NCBI RefSeq assembly: GCF_032062105.1
Contig: NW_026935853.1
Location: 124,001-188,000 of the forward strand
Direction of reading: 5' to 3'
DNA length: 64,000 nucleotides
Source: Saccostrea cucullata
Lineage: Eukaryota
Numbering within the stretch: the stretch's first letter is position 1; every line of letters begins with the position of its first letter. A model generated the notes under the pieces. The model searched no databases. It worked only from the letters and a program-made list of their open reading frames with translations, and had not been told where the DNA came from. Positions 24,081 to 37,749 of this stretch are shown piece after piece. The translations under genes and the position numbers were made by a program.

Positions 24081-25648
24081 TGCCTGTGTATGGATATCGC
24101 GTGGAGATGAACTTCAGTGTTTGATTTTTGATATAATAGTATTTATAAGTATTTATAGCAATAAAACACGATTACAGTCATTAAAATGAAATATAAGTAC
24201 AAATATAGATCCTGATTATTCCGAAACATGACCTTAAAATTTATACTAGGTTTGTCAGTATGGCACGAATACCCCACAACTATTAATGTTTTAAACATTT
24301 ATAAAAATCAAGGATATTAAAATAATACATGAACAAGTAATGCTTAAAATTATCACATTGCTTCTCTTCTGTAAACCAACTGTTACAAAGTTTCAAGACT
24401 CTGATAAAAGTGGATTTATCACTTGCAAATATTGTTAATATCTCACAACTTATACATACGATACACAAAAGCAGGCTCAGAGTATGATTTAATACGTATA
24501 GACATGCTACTGAAAGATAAGTCGATGTTGTAAGGATTTCAACAACTTAATATCAATTCTCTGTAATTATCAAACAATATCAATAATGCTTGGCCACGCT
24601 ACATTTTCAATTTCTATGAAACTTTTTGTGTGTACTCACATTGTCACATCATTCATGGTTTTATATTTTTTTATTTCAAAAAATGTCTCGTTGCCATGGT
24701 TACGGCACCTATTGTTTCCCCTGTAAATTCTTCCTAAAATTTGACCAAAAAACGTGATTTTGTAGGTTTTACTGAATAAAAATGAGCTTTAAAGAAACAA
24801 GAGAATGGGAAAATCTACTTTTGTTTCAAAACTACCATTATTCCTCTCTAATATAACAACATAATTTTTTAAAAACTGTAATTCTACATAATGGCTTAAC
24901 AACGCTTAGCTTTGGGGATTTTGGCATTTTGCCAAATTGAGAAAATTACCATTTTAGACCCTTTTTTAAAGCGATTTTTTAATACTTTGCACACTGATTT
25001 GAAATTCAGGAAACAGTGCATTGTATAGATGGTACATAAGTTAGTTTAAACACATTAAAATATTTATGGGACACTTAAACATTTTTTTTTAAAAAGCTGA
25101 TGAAAAATTACCCCAAATCTGCAAAATTTCCGTATTTCAAGGAACATATGCACATTTCATTAAGTTCATATAGAAAAGAAATGTTCCTTTCTACCTGTTT
25201 TGATGTCATTTACAGTAAAATTAGTCCATATCTAGGAAAAGTGTCATGTAAAAATATTCACATCCCATTTCCAAGAGCATTAATACATGTAAATATGTTC
25301 ATAGATAGGAGAACTGTGAACACCTGCACAAAATGCCCTCCCCCCCTTTCCGTAAAATTGACAATTTTGAAGTACATGTAGACTAACAAGGGCATGTTTC
25401 AAGTTTCCTGAAACTATCCCCTTAGATTGAAACTAATATGAAATAATTTAATTCTGATTGTAACGCTGTATTTGATTGGATAAAAAATTTACTTCATATT
25501 GTATAAAATGGGTTGCCTACGTCACAATGACTTACGTCAAAAACGTATCAATCCGCTTGACGTTACATTCAAATTTTGTACAAATTGAAGTCATTTTATT
25601 AGAACAATCACCTTTTTTTCTTGCATCAAATGAATGAAAATTAAATTA

Positions 25649-25804
25649 TAAGCAATGAATTTGATAGCTACCCATTTTATACGGTATAAACTTGGTTGGA
25701 ACAGTTTACGCTTTTTTATAAACCGCTTCGCGGTTTATAAAGCGTAAACTGCCCCAACCCAGTTTATACCGTATAAAATGGGTAGCTATTAAATTCATTC
25801 CTTA
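25649..25804. repeat. ~155-bp long hairpin, probable end of a Crypton-like non-autonomous element
   Basis: Imperfect palindrome centred on ataaaccgc-ttc-gcggtttat; the family call is inference. Confidence 0.75.
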
Positions 25805-28033
25805 AATAAAATTTTCCCTATCCATTCTCTATTACTATGGAAACAGGAATGCAAGATTTGTTACCATGGAGACAGGAATACCAGATTTTTAACCAAAATG
25901 GCTGCATTTAACGTAACAATATTCCCAAAACTACACTTATTTACTCTTTTATAAAACCTGTGTAATGAGTTAAATGTGAATGTGAACTAAATTTTTTGGC
26001 ATCTTAAATTTGCATCTTTATGATGCTGCAAAAATATAATGCATGTTGTAATGCTATGTCAAATAATTGCAAAACCTTGTGGCTTTTACTTTTTCAAGAT
26101 TTGGTCAAACTTGAAAAATTCTGAAATGAAACTAAAACAAGCAGGACATTCATAATATTTTACTCATTTCAACTTGTTACTTTGTATAATTATTTATTAA
26201 ATTCATGGGCAACTGCAAACCACAGATACTTTGAATGAAGTCCAAAATTTACCCCCCCCCCCTTCTGATTTTTTCTTTTAAAACTTCTTAAACACGGCTT
26301 TAAACTTGAGAAAAAATACATTGGTTTAAAAAAAATCACATCCTCTTGGGTAAGTTATCTTGGATTTAAACATAAATATCCAACGATGGAAAACTTTAAA
26401 CATAGTGTTTGGCATATAATTAATAATTAGGTTTGCAATGGATCTTTTGCATTCTGTAAAGTCAGGTTGAAAGAATGCCCCCCCCCCCCCCCATGAGACA
26501 CTGTCCCCCACAAGTATCATTTTAAGGAAGTTCTTCCTTTCATTTTACTAGGTTCCTGCCAACATCTCATCACACCAACTATATCAATCTCCTTTTCTTT
26601 TTTTGCACATGTAAATATAAATTCTGAAAACAAGAGAACTTTTCTTTTGCTTTTTTTATTTTTTATATATGCAACATTCAGAGTACATGTATTCTCAACT
26701 ACGGTACATATCATTAGATTTACCTGACAGATTCTACAGTTTCTGCTGCTCTGAAAATCTTGTCTCTGATTTTTCAATTTTAGAGTTTTTGTTGGTCATG
26801 CATGTACCAGTAATGACCTACATTGACATACGCAAGTAACACTGATAATTAGTTAATGAGAATTATGCTGAGTTGAGTTTTTTTGGCAAGGTACAGGATA
26901 AAGCTTGATAAGTTCTAAAACATATTGTTATACAGCATCAGATTTGAGGATGTCATCACATAATATGATAAACATGTTCCTATTGTATTTGAACTTTGAC
27001 ATCTCAAACACTGATATCTTGAAGACAGTGGGTACAAGTATGTTGAAGTAGGTTGGAATTCAGCTTTCACTTGCCTGGTTTCAAACCTAAGATATGGCAT
27101 CCCTTCTCAACCTACAATGGTAAATAATTCCTGCACTTTCCAATATACACTGATTTCAAGCTAATTAAATGTGTATGTAATCCTTTAGAAAGTTGTTTTC
27201 TTTATTCTAGTATAATAATTCTTCTGTTACTGGACAGGTATTAAATTTTGTTTAAAAAAAAAGAAATAAGCAAGGTTTAAATTTAGATATAAAACTGAAA
27301 TATTTTTTTAACAATTTAAGGACAGATGATACAAACAAACTTTTGTCAAAGAATTTGAAAATAACAACTGGGGTCATGTTTAAATCAGTAAAATTAATAA
27401 CTTTCTTCAAGAACTTTTTAATTTTTAATTCATATTTGCATAAAAATGGAATTTGAAGTGAAAAATATTTGTATAGATTAATAAGGATAGTTTCAAGAGG
27501 GTAGACTTTTGAACATCACAGAAGGTTTACAATTTCTTAATATTCTAGAAATTTATTAATAGCATCATTAATTTGCAATTAAATTATGCCAAAAAATATA
27601 TACCAATCCAGGCATCCATTTTTTGTTTGTATCATCTGTCCTTAATTTACTTTCATATTTTAAGAATGGTTACCTTGAAAAGAACAAAATCTAGGCTGTC
27701 CACTTTCTTGCAGAATGCACTTGAACTTCAGTCATGGCCTATTTGGTCCTGTTTTGGTTTACTGGTCTTACTTTTTCTTTATTCATCTTATATGGTAAAT
27801 CCTTTGATGAAAAAATGATGAAAATAATTATTTTCTTAGGAACATGATCAAAAGGAAAATTCATTTCATTCATACACAGACATGTTCATGTGTGTGATCA
27901 TCTTACCAGTAGTGAATATTTGCCTGGGTATCAAATAATTTGTTTAGAATATTATAAAACATGGTCAGTGTGTATAAAAAAAAATATCATTATAAATCAG
28001 AGGTGAATATTCTACATGTACATTTATATAGTT

Positions 28034-28377
28034 TTATTATACCCTCCGCTTGAAAAGTGGTAGGGTATACTGTAATCGATATGTCCGTCTAGCTGTACGT
28101 CCATCTGTCTGTACGTCCGTCTGTCTGTTACGCTTTAGGGAAACCATCTCTTATTATCCGCAACTCCTCTTATACCACTGCAATGAGTGAAATTTAATGA
28201 ACCTTTCACAGAATCATTATTACATATTGCCATTGTGCACCTCCTATTTTACTTTTTGATCCGACACATATTTTGGGTTTCCCGGCCACAGTAAAACATG
28301 GATTTGTCATCAGTTATAACCATCTGGGAGGCAGGGGGTATCATTTAGTGAGCTCATTGCTCACAGTACCTCTAGTT
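28034..28377 (+). mobile_element. Short HINE/Helentron
   Basis: ttattataccc..cgc start, (CCGT/CTGT)n tract, 3' gtgagc-tcatt-gctcac hairpin, CTAG-TT end. Same family as 58663-59092. Confidence 0.8.
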
Positions 28378-31245
28378 AAATTTTGTTTTAACACTAATAC
28401 ATATGTACAAGTGTACATATATATTTTTTACTGTTTGCTATTTGAAAAGATTATTATTATTCACACAAAATTGAACTATAGATTATACAGTACTGGTACT
28501 TCAAAAACGAATGAAAGAGTCTATATAAACAAAAATAACTCAATATTTCCAGTGCATTCTTAATCTAGATCTATTTTGTCAATACATATAGTACAGTTTT
28601 GGATATATATAATAAATTTAAAGTTTAAAAGATAGAAGCTATTAAATAAAACAATGATATCAAAACAAACATGCTGTTTTCTTATTTTCTGCTAATGAAC
28701 ATCACATGACCATATTTTGCTGATATATAGAATACTATTTTAAAAACTTAGCTACTTTATGCTCACACATTATAAACGTTTGAGGCACTTTTTTTTTATA
28801 GAAACAAACTTGCTGTAGTTAAATATTTTAACAACACAATTCTGTAAAATATGTGCCTAATATGCCAATAAAGAATTGAAATAATAGAATAAACAATGAA
28901 TGAAAACTGACAGAAGTGGAAATTTATATCATAAAGATAAATAATGTTCACTTAAAAGTCTCTCTCAGCTCATCATAAAAAGTAAACCTACTGAATGGCA
29001 CATATTTCATACAATCTCTATATAGACATTTATATTTCGGGGGGTGGGGGGGGGGTCAGCTGTATCAGCAAGTGATGTTTATATGCTTCAAATTCATTTT
29101 TATTAATAAAAATAATTAATTCATTGGTCAAAAAGTCAAACTGTCAAGAGGTATAGTTCGCTTGATTTGACAAGGACCACTGACCACTACTGGTAAAACA
29201 ACTGTGTTTCAGTGTATTGTAAGGCAAATAAAATTAAGAAAATATGCATTTGTTAATCTTGATATTTTTGTAATGCTCAGTATATACATTAATTCACCTT
29301 CTGTCTTCATTGTTTAAGATGTCTAGCCTTCTTTTCTTCTTCCATATTGTAAAACTTTGATGAGATCTTTCGCCAGAAAGTGTTCATTGCTGTTTACTAA
29401 ATACACATTGTACCTCCAAACGCTAGAGAGTAGTTCAAGGGAAGTAATTAGGAAGCAAAAAATGCTTCAAAATGTAGAAAAAAGTAATCTTTACCTTTGA
29501 ATTCCTTTTACATCTTTGAGTCTCCCATCAATATTTTACATATTTTGATATAATCAAATATCAGTCTTTCATAATTAATTATTACTAAATTTGTAATCAG
29601 TGTGCCTTTTTTGTTTTAAGCCTCCAAAAACTCCACTAAACCAATCACATATCTGATATGTTATAATATGTAAAATAGCCATTTACTATTGAGAGATTAA
29701 ATTAAAACTACAGATATAATTACTTTAATCTGTAGGATTAAATTTAAATAATGAAAACATATTAAGTTATCCCTTTTCATTTCTTGACACAGTTTTTCTT
29801 GATAAGTACACGTTTTTCAAAATTAACGAAATTGAGAATTTTGCACCCCGTTTCTATGGCAACCAAAGGTCTATTTCATAAAACCACTTTAGATTTTACA
29901 ATTAATGACATAGCTGTTTAAAATTATTATAAAAAAAAAATCAAGATGTTTTTCTATGCGTGGCCAACCAATTTTGATAATTACAGAGAATTGATATTAA
30001 TTTGTGTAAAGGCAGCATTTCGTAAATTTCATGGTCGTTATAATGACCTATCATTGGGTCGTATTTGGCTGACTTTTACAAACAATAGTCAGGCCCATGA
30101 TTTTTATACCGGATTCGTCTATAGGATCAACATCATGGGTATAATCGGTCAGGCATCTGATTCCACCTCTGGAATTTCCAGGATCTGTGTTTATGGTCGC
30201 CTAACAGTCCGTTTTGTAATATTTATAGAATTTATGATTGATCACGTTTAGTATCTTCACCCTTTTTATAATATTCTCCAAGAAAATGATATTTGCAGTG
30301 TACCAAATCTTATAGTACTGAGTACAATACAACATCAAATTCAAGAAGTGCGTTAATCAATCAATGGCATCAATATGTACGATTTTCCTAGAAATTACAC
30401 AACCATTTCCTAATAATAAATTAAAGACCAGACACTCTGTTGTCTTCAATAAAAATGAAAACTTACGTTTGCATACCTTCCCAGTGGCCATCTGTAAACT
30501 TAAATTTTGCTAAAATACCTTGATACTACTAAAAAGTACTGTCTAGTTGACATTAAGGTAAGATTCTTCTCACATTTCTTGTTTTCAAAAATTAATGAAA
30601 TTTTCACAAAATCAAGAGGACAATATCACTAAGTGATGGTATCAGTGAGATTAAATTTGACAGTTTAATATTAGAGGCAAGGTCAGGTCAAGGTCATTAC
30701 CTTTTCCCTGGACATTAAGAATAAAAAAAACATTGTTTCCAATCATGCGATCCCTGCTTGTAATTCAAAAGATTGAATGTTTTTCTTTTTGCATAAAAAG
30801 ATACTATCATATAGGGCCTATAAGATGATATTACCAAATTGACATGGATAATTTAAATAAAATGGATATCTGCTAATCCGAATTTCCTCTACATTTCTTA
30901 AATTTTAAGGATTTATTAGTTATTTTTATATGCTTCCTATATTTAACTTTTTCTAATTTTCACATATAGTTAAGTTATCACATAAAGGTACAAAATAATA
31001 CAAAAACTATAAGTTTTGATCGTTTACTAAGAGAGAAATAACACTTTTTACGGATTTTTGGCTCTAATCTGTACTTAGATTTGAAGTATTTCAAAGCCAA
31101 CATTGTACTAGTTTGTATGAAAAATCTTATTTATTTGATATATTTTGAAACTTTAGTTCCTTATTATTAATCTAACTTACATTTAAAAATTTCGTGTAGT
31201 CTTTGATTGCGTAAAAATAATAACTAAATTCAATGTTCTGTAATA

Positions 31246-32287
31246 TACTAGTCAAAATTTCTAAGTCCCCAGGCAAGTTTTTGCTTTACACTGCTCTTAT
31301 ATTGAATTATTTTAACAGTATAATTTAATAAGTATACAGGATAAAAAAGTAGCAAAACAATTTTTCTCACTCAATTTATTTTATTGAAGCACTTGAACAC
31401 AATATGCAGAAACGTTAAGGCACCCTAGAATTAAAAATTCACAACGTTAAATACTGCATAATGCTCCATTCAAACGAATTCACAGCAAGACAACCGTTCC
31501 TCAAAGAGTTCACGCTATTTAAGAAAAAATCTTTTATTGAATGTTTTTCTATATGGAGACTAGGTCGTCCTCTAGTTCCGTTAAATTCTGCTGCTGGAAA
31601 AGATGTCTTAAATCCGGTCTATCTTTTTCTATACATGTAAGTTTGGGTTGAGATTAGGATGATAAGGGGGGTTACTGAAATTTTCTGTGCCTTGCTGACA
31701 ATAGTTACATAATGTCTCATTACATGTATTCCCCATTCCTCCAGTTTGACATTGAGGGGAGGCCACTTCCGGTTCCGGTTCCATTGATATTTCCGGATAA
31801 ACTCTAGGATGATTTTGTTGTGTTTGTTGAAAATCTAGCGATTTCTAATGATTAAAAGGAATTCAGATATGCTTTGTAGGTTTTTCAGGCAGTAATTATA
31901 AAGGTTTTAAGTAAAATAAAGTCATACAGTGAAAGGAAACAGAATTCTCGTTAACTACGACCAGCTTGGGCCATTTCATCTTCACTTTCACATTGTTGTG
32001 TGGACATACACCACATTTTAATCAAACTTTTTCTCTTTTTCGTTATCAATTTAAGATGGAGAACACATGGAAGTAAAGAATATAAAAAATACACCCGAAA
32101 AACATATGAAACTCGAACTTCATGCTTTTTAACAAAAACGGTCACGGTCGAGTAATTACACATTTTTTGGCCTTGACAGGTAAATATTACAAATTAAAGG
32201 CAAAATTGTAAGCAACTAGTACATTGAAGTCAAGGTTTTGAAATTTTTGCAAAAATAAAAGTGGGGACTTAGAAATTTTGACAAGTA
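31246..32287. mobile_element. Tc1/mariner-like deletion derivative
   Basis: TIR tactagtcaaaatttctaagtcccc / ggggacttagaaattttgacaagta with TA flanks; minus-strand remnant PPYHPNLNP (~31644-31670) resembling the Tc1 SPDLNPIE motif. Confidence 0.78.
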
Positions 32288-32797
32288 TAGTTTTGAGAGG
32301 CAGAAAAGAAGATATTTTCATACGCCACCATTCCGCCAAAAATATAGTCCCTGCTAGTTTTCAAACGCAGTTTACCATTTCTATTTAAAGTTGTATAATT
32401 GACGTATCAACAAATGCACTTTGAATATTCTATCTAGTTAGAAACCAGAGAAGAATCCTACCTTAAATGCATGAGTTTTTCATTTACAATAGCAGGTTGT
32501 TCTCGAAAACAGGTCATCCGACAATCTTTTGGAATGTCGGGTTAAGTAATATACTTATATTTATCTTATATTTTAATATACATGATAATTAAATGAATGC
32601 AAATACAAGGCATGTTAATAAAGGGACATACAAATTATGTATTATCAATCGCTTCTTTTCCTCCGTCCATGCAGTTGTTTTTGTTGTTGTTTATAGATTT
32701 TATGAGATTAACCACTGACCATTATCTTCACCCTTTTCATTCTTTATCAACTTCTCAGTAAATGAAGAATTAAAATTATATTTTTTTTTCAAATAAA

Positions 32798-33000
32798 ATG
32801 GTCCCAGAATTTGAAAGTGGTTGTTACAACTTTCCTGTTGACAAACTTGAATTCTGGTGGCATTACAAAAGACTTCATCAAGGAGTTCAGTATGTTTAAC
32901 AAATTATGTAGAGGAATGGGTTTTAAGAACTTAACCATGGACACTTATTGAGAAAGTGAAGAAAGGTTGTTGTTTCGAATTGGATACATATTGTAGAGTG
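32798..33000 (+). pseudogene. Inverted orphan copy of C1qDC exon 2
   Basis: cagaatttgaaagtggttgttacaactttcctg...tgtagaggaatgggttttaag matches exon 2 of the C1q genes on the opposite strand. The acceptor is altered, there is an in-frame stop, and no gC1q exon follows. Confidence 0.8.
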
Positions 33001-33075
33001 AACAATTATTAAATGGAATTATTACATGTTATTCAAAATTAAATTATGCAATATATTCAAAATATTGTACATGTA

Positions 33076-33321
33076 CACTGTAAAAATGATGTTTAACTTG
33101 TGTTTTATTTTTAAACAGTAGTGTTTTACAGTTAAACATAGAGGGTTTAAATACAAAACATTAGCGTTTTATATATAAACACTGATATTTAAACTGGTGT
33201 TCAATAAGTAGGGTGTTTAATCATCCGTCTTAAACACGTAATGTTCATATGCATCAAATCAAAAAATAAATTAGGCGTTGCTTCTCGGTATTTGCTGTAG
33301 ATATTCACCATTTTTACAATG
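33076..33321. mobile_element. Small CACTG-ended MITE
   Basis: cactgtaaaaatg ... catttttacaatg. Confidence 0.45.
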
Positions 33322-35289
33322 TCTTAATTTATGAAGTAATTCCGCACATAATGGTAGACATTGCTCGACACAGAAAAAAATACGAATCGCAAGGCAATAT
33401 GTTGACTATAGATCATACCAAAAGCAAACACAATTAGCATTAATTAATAGTAATTTTGTGCCAAAATTTCAAAATTTTCATAAACTGTTAAAGGGGAAAT
33501 AAAAACCAATATTATGATAATTTCTATAATTTATCAATATTTTAATCACCGGTGTTTAACACGAGTGTTCATTTCTTAACCATTTATATTTATAAATTAA
33601 ACACGTGGTATTTATATAGAAATTGCAAATTAAACACCAATGTTTAATTTGTTATGATAGAAAATGACGCAGATGATTATGTCATAACATGCCATTTGAA
33701 CGCAGAAGATGCAGAATCACGCATATACTGACAAGAAGCACCATATCTAGCAAGGAAATAGGAGGTATTTATACATTTCTTTATGTAAAATCTTATAAAA
33801 AAGAATGATGAATACATCAGAGATCTTAAAAATGTTTTTCATTCATGAAATGCAGGATCGTTTCCTATACTTACTAATCGTCTGAGTGCAATGCGGCCAT
33901 GCGCAGACATAGACATAAAATATTGTAGTCTTTATATCTAATTAATTTGCAGGGACGTTCATCTGTTATTAACATTACTTGATAAAGAAAAGGGATTTTA
34001 AATGAAGATCATACTTGACCTTGAGAGGTGAGTTTTAAAAGGAAAAGCCCCCCCCCCCACACCCACACACACATCATTGATTCCTGATGAATAAATGTAA
34101 TCCAATTAAATACCTGCCCTTGCTAACATTTATGCTCCCTAACATGCGACATTACTACAATCGCACATGTACATGTACCTACAATAATTTTCATCTCCAG
34201 CACGTACATGTACATGTTTTATGGAGACTTTACTTTTTTGAGGGAGTGCTTATTTACATGATAGAAAATGTCTTGAGACAAGGTAAACCCCCCCCCCCCC
34301 CACCTCTCTTAATTGTTGCTGTTTGGCTGCTCCTGCATGCAGGTACATGAACATTTAAATTTTTTAGTGTACACACTGTGCGCTTATATAATTTATTTGA
34401 ATTGCAGAGTTTTATTCCTTATAACTTGTCTCAGTATGTATTATATAATTAGAATTGGCGTGAAGAATAACAAATCATTTTTTCCGATCTCAATGTATTC
34501 TTTTACATATAAATATCTGAATTTGCATAGTGAATATTTTTTCATCTATCTATTTTTCAGGATATTTCTGATGAGAAGAAGGAACTAGAACTATACTTAG
34601 TGTGAATACAATTTTGGAGAATGGAAAACTGGAGATCATCATCCGTTGTAGAAGAATCTGAATTTTACCCACAACCAGAGGAGCTAGACTGTTTAACTTG
34701 GTTAGAATATTGTATGGAAATGAGTGAGTGATACCCCGGCAGCTCTTGTTTAGTATCAAGAATATTTAAATGAATTAGTCCTTTACATGTCAAAACTGAA
34801 AAATTTCTTCATTTGTTTAAAACTCTGAATATTTATGAAAGTAAAATTGTAACATTTACAACTAGATTTATCTATATAATACACAATCCTGTACCCAGAA
34901 ACCAAAAAAACATTTTCGGTCTTTTTGCATCATATTTATTCAGGAATTTCGTTGTTTTATTTTTTTTTTTAATGTAAAGGACGACCAAGCCCCTTTTAAA
35001 ATAATGTTTCAAAATTTTACTAATGAAAAATATTTCATTTCATCAAGCGATCATGTATTTTTATATACAAAGACACCCCCTTCCCGACACCAATTTATTG
35101 GATTTTAGTTTACATGGTTTACACATGCAGCTTTTACATGTTCATGCTAGTTTGTTTTGATAATTCTATTTTTCAACTTAAATTGAATAATGTATCCATG
35201 TTTGATAAATGTGTTGTTTAATGTTATAATTGTTTATTAAGTTTGAACCCCAAATCAACATTAAACTATTTGTCAAATAAAAAAAAAAC

Positions 35290-36054
35290 TGTATATACGT
35301 TGCACGTTTCCCCTCTGTTCTTATCCAGACTTTATCACCCTTCTTCATTTTAATAATTGCTGTGGAGGATCCCGAATAATAGATTTTACTTCCGGTTTTT
35401 CCGTTGACGTAGTTGTATCCAAAGCTATTATCATTTAGGACGATTTTTGTTATAAATTCATTTCCAGAGGATGCCAGAATGGTCCATTTACTTTGGGTTC
35501 TGTAAATTTTCCTGTGGTTGCATCATATGCAGATCCAGAATTTTCCACAACGTTGCCAAATATTACGACAGCATTATTTCCAGGGTTCGTCAGATCACGT
35601 GATATAAGTGCATAGAATGAAATTAAATTTGCTGGACAAAATATTCAATGCTTATCATATGCTTGTAGGATAGCTTGTAAGTTCATTTAGATTTTTAATT
35701 ACTAGTATATCAAATAATCTACATGTATTTTTTAAACAGAACGAAAATAAAATCTAGCATTTCCCCCAAATTTTATTCACGTTCAGATCACGTTTTTAGA
35801 GTTACTGAAAATCTTAAGCGTCAAAAGATTCTAAGAATTAAATGTTTATCAAAATCTATATATTGTCTTTTGAACCCAGTGTATAATTTAAATGTTACCT
35901 TGTCTACTTTCAGTGCAGTAACCTCCCTTGAAGCCCATTCCTCTACACACTTCATTGTACGTATTATATTTCATAAGGAAATCTTTTGTAGTTGTTTCTG
36001 CAGTTGCTTCCGTTAATACTAATGTTGCAACAAACCGCATTCAAAAGCTGGAAT
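35290..36054 (-). pseudogene. C1qDC pseudogene (exon 2 at 36054-35899; gC1q exon ~35632-35290)
   Basis: TKDFLMKYNTYNEVCRGMGF, then LISFYALISRD...GSAYDATTGKFT...STAIIKMKKGDKVWIR. Apparent +1 frameshift in exon 2, a frameshifting deletion removing the IYSF motif near 35487, and no terminal SFSGF. Confidence 0.85.
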
Positions 36055-37749
36055 CTGTTTGTTAAATTAGGAAAATTCATTATTAGAAGTTATTTTATAT
36101 AGCAATATGAGGTAGACTTACTTGAACATTGTTTTTTCTTTAAAGACAGTACGACAGTACGATACAACTGATTTCATCAAATATCAAATTCACTTTTTAT
36201 ATGGTGGCAGGAATGTTTAAAGTCATTATATTGTACTATTAGTCTAATTATGCATTGATTGAGACAGCCTACTAGGTATTATGTTTTTAAAATCTGAAAT
36301 GTTAGAAATCATATAAGTATGAATTGGTATTTAAAGGAAATTAAGCTACAACGAAACAAAGAAAATTTTGAAATTACAAAACTTTACCATTTAGCATTTA
36401 GAATTTAAAAAGTACGTATTATTCAATACTTTGTATAACAATTCCACACGATAAATTAAAGACCAGACATTTTTGAATCATGGACAACTGTTTCAGAACA
36501 AAAATAAAAATCATAAATTGCCATACCTTGTTACTGATCATCTGGAAACTTTCTTTGCCAAAATAAAGCATTCTGATTCTACCCCAACTACTCCGATTGA
36601 TATTAAAAGACGTTTCTATGTTGTCTTCGGACACCAGACCTCACACAATCGTTAGGAGTTCTCATGGGTTTATAAATATGCCCCGTTAAAGGCAGAATTA
36701 TTTTGCATTCATTTAAAGTAGATTTTCTTTTAATTTACAACAATCATTTTTATCCTTTCGTCAATGCGATATATGAAATATATGGAGATAAGGAAAAGTA
36801 TTCAAACTCAAAGGTCCATTAACAATATAAATCAGTAGCAGAGCAAAGACGGACCTCTAAAACATCAAAGATGTGGTCAGGTGCCATGGAGGAGTGACCA
36901 TCCCCTACAAACGGTCACCTCCGCCATGTGTTCCTTGTTTTTATCGGGAAATAACGAAGAAAAAGCGTCTACAAATCAGTGTGTTACATGTATCAGAGGT
37001 CTATATTGAATCGACTCTTATAAACTGTATTGTTTTAAAGGGATTTTGAGAATGATCACTAATGGTTGTCATAATAATCGTTCTTGGTAATAATTCGAAG
37101 CAAAGTGTCTTATTTCCCCCAATTCACTTCTAAGACCTACAAAAAGTTTTCTGATCTGGCAAATAATAAACAGTCTTAATACTTAAACAGAGCAAACAAC
37201 TAAACTAATCACTACCAAAAATTACCCTACCATTGCAAATTGCATCATTGACATGTGTTTTTTTCTTTTTTTTTTTTTTTTTTTTAGCAAAGTTGTGTAC
37301 TGCAAAGGTGTAAATTTTTCAGGTCCAAATTTTGCGATTTTCATGCCACAGAGCGTTCGCATGAATATGAATTTTTTGCAGAAATTAAAGAATTAACATT
37401 GTTCTCTTAGTAGGATACCTTACTTGAAACTGTTCACGTAGGGATAAAGTTTGCTAGAATTAATTTGCATTAATTACTCCCATGACTCTAGCCTGGTCCC
37501 CTGTCTCATCCTTGCCAAGTGACACGGGGTATACGAAGCATAATAGGGACAGGGAATCAGGCTATAGGATGACTCCCACGCAAAGAGTTCAATTTTTACC
37601 TCAGAATAACAATTCTGAAATCCAAAAATGTTTTCCTGATCAAAAAAGATGTTAGCAACAATATATTTTTAATATTATGGTATTAACTAATAAATGTTAA
37701 AAGCAGGAAATACAACAAATCAGGATATTAATTTATTCTTTCGAATGCC

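Larger units (their letters stand above)
24551..29996. mobile_element. 5.4-kb TIR element with TTAA TSD, superfamily unresolved
   Basis: 24-bp TIR tatcaattctctgtaattatcaaa; ttaa at 24547-24550 and 29997-30000; the empty site caacttaatttgtg is present in the paralogous segment near 21506-21519. Confidence 0.9.
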
